Source of the DNA: a virus
Taxonomy: Duplodnaviria > Heunggongvirae > Uroviricota > Caudoviricetes
Length of the DNA stretch: 5,677 nt
Virus record (IMG/VR): IMGVR_UViG_2778260996_000009
Location: 1 to 5,677 of that record
Reading direction: 5' to 3' (one strand)
Position 1 is the first letter of the stretch, and every line of letters starts with the position of its first letter. Positions 1-5,667 of this stretch are shown in pieces. Below the pieces are notes generated by a model. It saw only the letters and a list, made by a program, of their open reading frames with translations, searched no databases and was not told the origin of the DNA. The position numbers and the translations under genes were made by a program.

Positions 1-375
1 GCACCACCCCGTCAGTAGCTGAACAGGAGGGACAGCTGATAGAAACAGAAGCCACTGGAGCACCTCAAAAACACCATCATACACTAAATCAGTAAGTTGG
101 CAGCATCACCTATCACCAGAGTTTAATGTGTGATTTTTTATTTATCGTCGAACCTGGATTGTTTATCATTGGCCTTAACAAAGTTAACGGCTAATAAGAT
201 TATTTCCATCACTTCGTGAGAGCTTCATGCCTTGAGAGGATCTCAATTTTCTTTTGCAATGAGACAGGCGCTTCCTGTTGTTATGGTATAGTACCCCGCT
301 ATTGAGCCTCCTGAATAGTGATGCTGAATAACATAACCCCATGATATATCGATAAAATAATCTCTACATTTGAAA

Positions 376-498
376 ATGCACGGTAATTCTGAAATGCAAA
401 AAATCAACCAAACCAGCGCAATGCCTGAAAAAACTGACGTTCACTGGAGTGGTCGGTTTAGCGTTGCACCAATGCTCGATAGGATGTACCGTTTTTGA
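376..498 (+). pseudogene. dusA: Truncated 5' fragment of tRNA-dihydrouridine synthase A, interrupted by element insertion; first ~35 codons DusA-like, then divergent tail and TGA stop
   Basis: Translation from ATG 376 (in frame with ATG 421) gives MHGNSEMQKINQTSAMPEKTDVHWSGRFSVAPMLD followed by RMYRF and a stop. The RFSVAPMLD segment matches the conserved N-terminal motif of DusA-type enzymes, which normally continue with WTDRH.RYF. The frame instead diverges after codon D at ~480 and stops at 496-498. No convincing Shine-Dalgarno lies upstream of 376, so the true start could be 376 or a later in-frame ATG. Identity rests on my recall of the DusA N-terminus, not on a search. Confidence 0.55.
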
Positions 499-500
499 AA
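470..500. other. Inferred host/element junction (att core region) inside the dusA 5' end
   Basis: This is where the DusA-like reading frame stops resembling DusA (after ...APMLD, ~480). Elements carrying dusA-specific integrases are known to insert in the 5' end of dusA. The exact core boundaries cannot be set without the other junction or an uninterrupted dusA. Confidence 0.35.
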
Positions 501-555
501 AACAACTAGTTATACACTTTGTGGGAGCCTATTGGGAACCTGAAGTTTTGCTCTT

Positions 556-575
556 TCTATTCATATCTATTCATA
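556..575. repeat. Perfect tandem direct repeat tctattcata x2
   Basis: Read directly: tctattcata at 556-565 and again at 566-575, in the non-coding region between the inferred att junction and the first element gene. Possible protein-binding site (arm-type, IHF or operator); function unknown. Confidence 0.5.
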
Positions 576-600
576 AAGCACCATTTGCTGCCTTATCTGA

Positions 601-629
601 TTGACCAAAAACAACCGCGGTTATAGACT
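601..629 (+). promoter_or_regulatory. Candidate sigma70 promoter for the 683..1673 operon
   Basis: TTGACC at 601-606 (5/6 match to the -35 consensus), a 17-bp spacer, then TAGACT at 624-629 (4/6 match to the -10 consensus), about 55 bp upstream of the ATG at 683. A short inverted repeat ctaag-N7-cttag (643-659) follows. Sequence-only prediction. Confidence 0.3.
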
Positions 630-682
630 TTGCTCCAAATAGCTAAGGCTATTGCTTAGTAAGTAAAACAGTTGAGGTTGCC

Positions 683-1222
683 ATGAATCCGTTTAACGCC
701 ATTACTTTTGCTGCATTGTGCGGGCCTCTGGCTTGTCCTGCTGCTATGGCGCAGGAGTTCATCATCCAGCCAGCCCCTGTGATTGCTAAACCTTTTGAGT
801 ACTCTCCTTCTGTTGAGGAATTCTCACGCAAAATGGAAGAGGGTAAGGAGATCTTGCAAAAGTTAACAATTGCAGCAGATGACTACTATATCTGTTTGAT
901 TGATCTTAATAGCCAAGATGCTCGCGAGTTTGTTTCCAAAAACGGGACAGATACGACAGAGGCATGCGAAATGTTCCTGCGTGCTTTTGAAGAAGAAGTG
1001 AAGCGTACAATTGAATCGCCTCTGCCTGAATTTATCAGGTCAGAACTGAAGGTTTACTGGCGTCATATTGCTAAAGCTCGCTCATCTGTCACTCGCCTTA
1101 ACAATTACATAAAGAGCATATTTAAAGAAACTGTTACTTTTAGCGGGCGCGCGGATCTTGCTGAAATTGCAGCACTAGCTAGTCACACATCAAATAAGCT
1201 AAAATCGATGCAATTTCACTAA
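683..1222 (+). CDS. Hypothetical protein, 179 aa, with hydrophobic N-terminal segment (possible signal peptide); candidate partner of the downstream YafO-like toxin
   Basis: ORF with a Shine-Dalgarno GAGGT at 673-677, 5 nt before the ATG at 683. The N-terminus MNPFNAITFAALCGPLACPAAMA-QEF is hydrophobic with an AxA-like cleavage motif but has no basic n-region, so export is uncertain. I recognise no family in it. It lies 16 nt upstream of the YafO-like gene on the same strand. Confidence 0.65.
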   Translation: MNPFNAITFAALCGPLACPAAMAQEFIIQPAPVIAKPFEYSPSVEEFSRKMEEGKEILQKLTIAADDYYICLIDLNSQDAREFVSKNGTDTTEACEMFLRAFEEEVKRTIESPLPEFIRSELKVYWRHIAKARSSVTRLNNYIKSIFKETVTFSGRADLAEIAALASHTSNKLKSMQFH

Positions 1223-1238
1223 CCGATAGCGGACGACC

Positions 1239-1673
1239 ATGCATCTAGAAGTCTCTATTAATCCAGAAACTAGAGCTGAATTTTTTGATGAAGTTTTTCT
1301 CAAATTCCCGGAGCTAGAGTCTTCTATCATTGATGATTTCAAGAGATACAAAGCAACCGGTGAGCTTCCGCATTATTTCGGTAGGGACGTTGCGTATACT
1401 CAGCCTTATGGTGCTTTTCGGGCTGGGTTGATGCATATCCATCTTTGTCTACCGCCAAACAAGTTTCCCGAGAAACTTCCACAACCGGATAGGGTCTGCA
1501 AGAAAGGTGATCCTGATAATGATGCTTGTCTTGTGTATGTCCAAGGTGAGCTTTATGAGAATAAATATTCACTCATTGCTATTATGTATCCCGATGCACA
1601 TGAAAAAGCAAGAAAACATGATGTGATGAGCTATCTGGCGCGAATTGCCCAGAATTATAAAGATGAAAACTAA
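1239..1673 (+). CDS. YafO-family toxin-like protein (ribosome-dependent mRNA interferase family), 144 aa
   Basis: The translation contains FGRDVAYT, MHIHLCLPPNKFP, CLVYVQGELYE, LIAIMYPDAHEKARKHD and YLARIA. These align with the E. coli YafO segments FGRDALYD, AHIHLANENNPFP, HLVYCQGAFDE, LIAILKPEPHKLARDN and KMAEA as I recall them. Weak SD (GGA) upstream of the ATG at 1239. The TAA stop at 1671-1673 is followed directly by a terminator hairpin. Confidence 0.65.
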   Translation: MHLEVSINPETRAEFFDEVFLKFPELESSIIDDFKRYKATGELPHYFGRDVAYTQPYGAFRAGLMHIHLCLPPNKFPEKLPQPDRVCKKGDPDNDACLVYVQGELYENKYSLIAIMYPDAHEKARKHDVMSYLARIAQNYKDEN

Positions 1674-1693
1674 CCCGCCGAAGCGGGTTTTTT
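1673..1693. terminator. Rho-independent terminator hairpin shared by convergent transcription units
   Basis: Stem ACCCGC (1673-1678), loop CGAA (1679-1682), stem GCGGGT (1683-1688), followed by a run of six T (1688-1693) on the plus strand. It sits between the plus-strand stop (1671-1673) and the minus-strand stop (1700-1702). The minus-strand side has a weaker U-tract. Confidence 0.7.
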
Positions 1694-1699
1694 GTGAGA

Positions 1700-1972
1700 T
1701 TAGTTATTTATTTTCCTATTTGTTCTTACCCTCTCCCATTCAATTCTGCCTTCTTCACGCCGTTTATCTATATATTCAGCAAGATCCTGAATGTTGATGC
1801 AGCGCTTTGCTTTCTGTGATGTACCAACACGATAAGTCGGGATCGGCAACTGGCATGCATTTGCTTTCGCTTCTGCTGTGTTAGGGCTCATACCGAAATA
1901 CTTTTGGCATACAGCTGACAGCTCAATGTTTGGGGTATTGAATTCAGCCATCAGTAAAAACAAGGTGTTCAT
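1700..1972 (-). CDS. PrtN-family DNA-binding protein (excisionase-like / pyocin-activator-like), ~90 aa
   Basis: From ATG 1972 the protein reads MNTLFLLMAEFNTP...LPIPTYRVGTSQKAKRCINIQDLAEYIDKRREEG, which resembles the N-terminus and core of PrtN-family proteins (MNT.FLLMA ... DLA.Y.D.RR). The ATG at 1972 has GGAG 6 nt upstream. The ORF track begins at GTG 1999 without an SD, so 1972 is preferred. Confidence 0.7.
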   Translation of the reverse strand: MNTLFLLMAEFNTPNIELSAVCQKYFGMSPNTAEAKANACQLPIPTYRVGTSQKAKRCINIQDLAEYIDKRREEGRIEWERVRTNRKINN

Positions 1973-2008
1973 AATTTTCTCCATCAAAACCGGCTGCACC
2001 CGGGAAAA

Positions 2009-2581
2009 TCATAATTCTGTGCTGGTGGCAGGAATTAATTTCTGCCAGATAGCGGAAACATATTTTGCCTGATGACGGGCATCAGCCAGGGCGTTGTGCC
2101 GTTCGCCATCGAAAGGCATGTCCATTTTGGGGTCGAATCCGATGGAACGCCCAAGCGTAACGATCGTGCGTACATCGTGGTCATTCCAGTACGCCCACGG
2201 GCAGATTTGTCCTGCTCGCTCATAAGCTCCACGTAAAATTACGTTGTCGAAGGTGGCCCCGTTACCCCAGACTTTTAAATATTTCGTATTGTCTGCGTGC
2301 CGGTTAATGAAATGGTTTAGTTCTGAGAGAGCATCGCTGATCGACAAAGTATCATCAATACAGATTGCAGCTCGCGCTTCAGGGCTTTGTTTCAACCACC
2401 ACAGGATGGTATCGCCGTCAGGTGTAGCTCCTTGCTTCATAGCACTGTCCAGGCTGACAACCGCATAGAATTCTTGTCCGATGTCTCCGGTTTCTGGAGT
2501 GAAGAACACCGCGCCAATAGAAACGATCGGCGCATCCTTATTTTTCCCCATCGTCTCAAGGTCGATCATTAAGTTGTTCAT
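2009..2581 (-). CDS. DEDDh-type 3'-5' exonuclease (DnaQ-like), ~190 aa
   Basis: The three exonuclease motifs are visible: MIDLETMG (Exo I, D-x-E), VWGNGATFDNVIL (Exo II) and ERHNALADARHQAKY (Exo III with His). An SD AGGAGGTG lies 5 nt upstream of the ATG at 2581. The GTG at 2584 used by the ORF track is too close to the SD. The ATG overlaps the stop of the upstream DUF551 gene (TGATG). Confidence 0.8.
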   Translation of the reverse strand: MNNLMIDLETMGKNKDAPIVSIGAVFFTPETGDIGQEFYAVVSLDSAMKQGATPDGDTILWWLKQSPEARAAICIDDTLSISDALSELNHFINRHADNTKYLKVWGNGATFDNVILRGAYERAGQICPWAYWNDHDVRTIVTLGRSIGFDPKMDMPFDGERHNALADARHQAKYVSAIWQKLIPATSTEL

Positions 2582-3159
2582 CACTTCACCTCCTGCGGCG
2601 GTTCCGGTAGCGGCATCCAGTGAGTTGCTTGCTCAATACCATTACCCGACTTAATCGTTGCATCTCCGCGCCGAAAAGTGCTTCCGGTATAGCGTGCGGA
2701 GCATATTAGCGGTTCAACCAGAGAGCTATCGAAATTCACCGAAATGAGCACGTTCTGATTCTTCTCAGGCATTCGCTCACTACAGCTTATCCAACTATCC
2801 GGAGTTACCGGAGAGTTGGTTGACGTTTCCGAGGTTTCCCGAAAATTATTGGTTGACGAATCCTTATTTTCCCGAAAGTTTCCAGCCTGAAGCATGGCGG
2901 CGCGGTGACACCAGATAATCCAGCCAAGCGCCATATCCCATGCCATGTATTCTCTATCGCCATTTTTCGCCCTGCGGCGATCTACAGATTCCCCGAAACG
3001 CTTCTCCATAAATAATTCATAGGCTGCTCGTTCATCCGATACTGCTGCCAGTGATGCCAGTGCAATTCGTGCCAGTTCCATTTGTTCGCCACGGGTAAGT
3101 CCGTTTCCAAGCGGATTTTTAATGAACAATTCAATACGTTCTTTGGTAATAGTGGTCAT
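2581..3159 (-). CDS. Phage protein with C-terminal DUF551-like domain, 192 aa, with internal 11-aa tandem repeat linker
   Basis: The C-terminus ...NVLISVNF...CSARYTGSTF...EQATHWMPLPEPP matches the DUF551 signature (W.PLPEPP) common in enterobacterial prophage early regions. An SD AAGGAG lies 6 nt upstream of the ATG at 3159. The N-terminal ~110 aa are unassigned. Confidence 0.7.
   Translation of the reverse strand: MTTITKERIELFIKNPLGNGLTRGEQMELARIALASLAAVSDERAAYELFMEKRFGESVDRRRAKNGDREYMAWDMALGWIIWCHRAAMLQAGNFRENKDSSTNNFRETSETSTNSPVTPDSWISCSERMPEKNQNVLISVNFDSSLVEPLICSARYTGSTFRRGDATIKSGNGIEQATHWMPLPEPPQEVK
2816..2881. repeat. Imperfect 33-bp tandem repeat (2 units, ~25/33 identical) inside the DUF551 CDS
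   Basis: Unit 1 (2816-2848) ttggttgacgtttccgaggtttcccgaaaatta and unit 2 (2849-2881) ttggttgacgaatccttattttcccgaaagttt. On the coding (minus) strand they encode NFRENKDSSTN / NFRETSETSTN. Confidence 0.6.
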
Positions 3160-3169
3160 GTGTTACTCC

Positions 3170-3433
3170 TTAACCCGCAGTGCTTTCAACTGACGAGGGG
3201 AACAAAATCTTTTCTTTAAATCCGGCATTCATATCATGGACAGCAACACACCAATCCATTGACGAACGATCATCAAGAGCCTCCATGATTTCATCCATGC
3301 GGCGTAGGTCATACAGGTAAATGCTTTTATCGCCAATGGTGTAAAAACCAATTTTTTTCGGTGACGGGCAGCGATCAAGAACGTTCTGTAATTCGCTCAA
3401 CCATGCCTGTTCCTTTTTTGTCAAAGTTGCCAT
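3170..3433 (-). CDS. Hypothetical phage early protein, 87 aa
   Basis: ORF with a strong SD AAGGAG 6 nt upstream of the ATG at 3433. It starts 1 nt after the stop of the upstream Ead-like gene. No recognisable motif. Confidence 0.6.
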   Translation of the reverse strand: MATLTKKEQAWLSELQNVLDRCPSPKKIGFYTIGDKSIYLYDLRRMDEIMEALDDRSSMDWCVAVHDMNAGFKEKILFPSSVESTAG

Positions 3434-3434
3434 A

Positions 3435-3833
3435 TCACTCTCCTTTGATGCGAATGCCAGCGACGCGTAGTGCGTGTTCTAAGTCAATCAGGCAAAGCCA
3501 ACTGCCATTTTCTTTAGGTATCATGACATGTCGCTTATCAGCATTTATTGGGTGCCCATATCGAAGGTCGTAGCGAGTCGGTAATTGAACTTCCCTCGCT
3601 TCCAGTTCTGTAATGCGTTTGTTTTTAGCTTCTAGTTCATCCAGCAGCGCCAGCACGGTTTCTGGTCCGGTCAGAAATTTGAAGGCGTTGAGCACATCAA
3701 TATCCACACCGTAATCTTTAAGTTCCTGTTCACTTAACAAATCATCAGCAGCTGGCAACATTAACAGGCGTTCCATTGCTTGAATTGCACGTTCCGCCGC
3801 CTCACGCAGTGCCTGATAGTCAATCTTGCTCAC
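3435..3833 (-). CDS. Ead/Ea22-like family protein, 132 aa, GTG start
   Basis: The N-terminus MSKIDYQALREAAERAIQ resembles the conserved N-terminal segment (..QALREAAEKA..) of Ead/Ea22-like proteins from lambdoid prophage early-left regions. The start codon is GTG (rc of cac 3831-3833), preceded by a strong SD AAGGAGG with a 6-nt spacer, and overlaps the upstream stop (GTGA). Confidence 0.65.
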   Translation of the reverse strand: MSKIDYQALREAAERAIQAMERLLMLPAADDLLSEQELKDYGVDIDVLNAFKFLTGPETVLALLDELEAKNKRITELEAREVQLPTRYDLRYGHPINADKRHVMIPKENGSWLCLIDLEHALRVAGIRIKGE

Positions 3834-4069
3834 TGGTTGCCTCCTTTACGGATCTGCGCAGCGATGCACGAAAAAAAAGACTCTCGCGTATGACTGTTAA
3901 GAGCTGGCGCGAACGCCGCGTTAAGAACGGCAGCATCACAGCCGTCATCGATATAGAGCGCAATTTTTTTCTCCAGGCGTGCTTTGGCTTCCTGCAACTG
4001 CATACCCCGGCACGCACGCGGGATATACTCAGCAATTTGAGCGATAGATTTTTCGTTCTGTTTAAACAT
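3830..4069 (-). CDS. Hypothetical small phage protein, 79 aa
   Basis: ORF with an SD GAGGTG 4 nt upstream of the ATG at 4069. It overlaps the upstream gene by 8 nt and the downstream GTG start by 4 nt (translational coupling). No recognised family. Confidence 0.55.
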   Translation of the reverse strand: MFKQNEKSIAQIAEYIPRACRGMQLQEAKARLEKKIALYIDDGCDAAVLNAAFAPALNSHTRESFFSCIAAQIRKGGNQ

Positions 4070-4265
4070 GCTTCACCTCGATAGGCTTGATGGTGTCGAT
4101 CAGTAGTCGGCGGCGCGTATTTTCTGCAAAGTGGCGGCGTCCGGTTTCTTTGTGGTAAAACTCGTTTTTGCCGACGACCCACATCCGCTCTGTCTGGTGA
4201 AGTTTTTTTACCTGCGGGCCGTCTTTGGTGATCACAATGCCGGTATGGGTTTTTACGATTGTCAT
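4062..4265 (-). CDS. Hypothetical small basic phage protein, 67 aa
   Basis: ORF with an SD AGAGGTGG immediately upstream of the ATG at 4265. Its start overlaps the stop of the PAPS-reductase-like gene (ATGA). No recognised family. Confidence 0.55.
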   Translation of the reverse strand: MTIVKTHTGIVITKDGPQVKKLHQTERMWVVGKNEFYHKETGRRHFAENTRRRLLIDTIKPIEVKHV

Positions 4266-5140
4266 GCCACCACCTCTTCGAATTTCAATTCCAATTGATC
4301 ACCCCAGATTTCACATGACTCTGAACACGAGCCGGTATCGAATCGCCTGGCTTGCACCATCGCCTGATACAAATTTCTGTAGTCGCTGTCGGCATACATT
4401 CTGGCAATCCCGTCAAGGCTCAGATGACCACGGTACATAACGTCTTTATTTGTCTTTCGGTGACCATCCCGGACGTGTTTACCTGTAACCAGCTCATTAA
4501 AAACTCGCATCAGACCAGGTTCGTCTTTACATGCAAGCCCCAGCTTTTGCGTGGACTTTTTGATGCAGAAAACACAGTTCCCGAGGTGCTCCGGGATTTG
4601 CAAATCAAAAGGTTGTTTATGCCACCACCGGATAACATCCGACTTATCAAAATCAGATAGCTCGGCAAGATACCGGACGCCCGATTTCGGTTTCAGCCTA
4701 CGAGGTTCGTCTGCACGAATACCCAGCCATGTGATGTAATTCCCTCGTCCGAAATGGTCATCGCAGTATTTTGTGAAGGGGGTGAGTTTTAATCTGTCAG
4801 TGCAGAACGCGCCGCCGATGTATGGCGTGCCATATTTTTTTACCATGTCCATAAACGGTTTAAGCACCGGCATTCGTGTCTGAATATCCTTTGGTTCCCA
4901 TTCCGTATAACCATTTGGCTGCCCAAGCTCTGGATTTATATCGACCTGCAACACAGTTAGCGGTATGCCCCAGAACTTCACAACCTCCCGAATAAAGCGG
5001 TATGTCAGCGGATGTTCGCAACCGGTATCCATAAAGATGTAGCAGACGTTATTTCCAGTCTTTCTTTGTTCTTCCATCAGGTGAACAAGATATGCAGATG
5101 TTCTCCCGCCAGAAAAACTAACTACATGAGTTATGCACAT
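4262..5140 (-). CDS. Phosphoadenosine-phosphosulfate (PAPS) reductase-like PP-loop family protein, 292 aa
   Basis: The N-terminal VVSFSGGRTS is the PP-loop motif (SGGxDS-type) of the PAPS reductase / ATP-sulfurylase-like superfamily. The length is typical of phage-encoded PAPS-reductase-like proteins. The start overlaps the end of the HD gene by 10 nt. A Cys-rich C-terminus (CSESCEIWG) is present. Confidence 0.8.
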   Translation of the reverse strand: MCITHVVSFSGGRTSAYLVHLMEEQRKTGNNVCYIFMDTGCEHPLTYRFIREVVKFWGIPLTVLQVDINPELGQPNGYTEWEPKDIQTRMPVLKPFMDMVKKYGTPYIGGAFCTDRLKLTPFTKYCDDHFGRGNYITWLGIRADEPRRLKPKSGVRYLAELSDFDKSDVIRWWHKQPFDLQIPEHLGNCVFCIKKSTQKLGLACKDEPGLMRVFNELVTGKHVRDGHRKTNKDVMYRGHLSLDGIARMYADSDYRNLYQAMVQARRFDTGSCSESCEIWGDQLELKFEEVVA

Positions 5141-5667
5141 TTGCGTAATTCCGATAACTCGTTAAAACGTTCCATAAACATCCCGTAGGCATGGCCTGGT
5201 GACAGTGGAATAACTTTGAACATCTCTGTTGCCGGGATGCCTTCCAGTACAGGCCAGAAAGAGCCATCATCAAGCCCGAGATCGCGGCGTTCGGTTGCCA
5301 GCATAATGAGATCGGCATATTTCACTGGCGTGCTCATAACAGGAGGTAACCCGTATTTCTCACGGATTACGGCGTCTATTTTTTCTTCCATCCGTTTATA
5401 GTCAGGAAGAAGTCGTTTCAGTGGCGCGGGGATGTCCTGGCAATATGCTTCTGTTGCATCATGCATTAACGCTTCGAAAGCAAACTCCTGCGGTACCAGC
5501 TGGCTGCAAAGCACCGCATGTTGGGCGACGCTGTAGAAGTGTGAAAGATGCCCTGCAAAGCGACAGATATTTGAGAGGGAAACTGCGATATCGTTAATCA
5601 CGATGTCGTCTTTATTTATCTTGTCATAATAAAAATGCTTCCCGGAAAAAGTTTTAATAAATGACAT
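5131..5667 (-). CDS. HD-domain phosphohydrolase (YfbR/YfdR-like 5'-deoxynucleotidase family), 178 aa
   Basis: Contains the H...HD...D metal-binding pattern (VAQHAV ... EALMHDATEAY ... D). An SD GGAG lies 6 nt upstream of the ATG at 5667. The size and sequence resemble the prophage HD proteins of E. coli (YfdR-like), from memory. Confidence 0.8.
   Translation of the reverse strand: MSFIKTFSGKHFYYDKINKDDIVINDIAVSLSNICRFAGHLSHFYSVAQHAVLCSQLVPQEFAFEALMHDATEAYCQDIPAPLKRLLPDYKRMEEKIDAVIREKYGLPPVMSTPVKYADLIMLATERRDLGLDDGSFWPVLEGIPATEMFKVIPLSPGHAYGMFMERFNELSELRKCA

Noticed and set aside
3-95. Open frame running into the window start (…TGAPQKHHHTLNQ-stop), possible 3' end of an upstream host gene
   Set aside because: Only about 31 codons, with no recognisable motif. 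An open frame of this length is not statistically meaningful without the upstream sequence, so it is not reported as a feature.
1-682. Possible tRNA or tmRNA gene as the integration target in the long non-coding leader
   Set aside because: I could not find a cloverleaf-compatible arrangement or a conserved T-loop/CCA-like end by eye. The DusA-like reading frame gives a better explanation for the att site. A tRNA scan would settle it.
683-760. Confident call of a Sec signal peptide on the 179-aa protein
   Set aside because: The hydrophobic core and AMA-Q site are present, but the n-region has no basic residue and the segment is Pro/Cys-rich. Export is therefore left as uncertain.
649-831. 60-aa minus-strand ORF overlapping the start of the 683..1222 gene
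   Set aside because: It is antisense to a better-supported gene with a clear SD, has no RBS, and is at the minimum length. Likely spurious.
1339-1572. 77-aa minus-strand ORF inside the YafO-like gene
   Set aside because: It is antisense to a CDS with family-level motif support, with an His/Tyr/Arg-rich composition typical of an antisense frame.
3820-4182. 120-aa minus-strand ORF overlapping the 79-aa and 67-aa genes in another frame
   Set aside because: The product is Arg-rich and low complexity (typical of an out-of-frame read-through) and there is no Shine-Dalgarno upstream of its start. The two shorter ORFs in the other frames have strong SDs and coupled start/stop overlaps.
1878-5401. 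Plus-strand ORFs of 61-102 aa (1878..2072, 2244..2468, 2387..2572, 3361..3573, 3776..4084, 4225..4440, 4352..4660, 4551..4739, 5216..5401) and minus-strand ORFs 2035..2232 and 5118..5318
   Set aside because: All are embedded antisense or out of frame within the tightly packed, SD-supported minus-strand operon. None has a recognisable motif or RBS. Treated as chance open frames.
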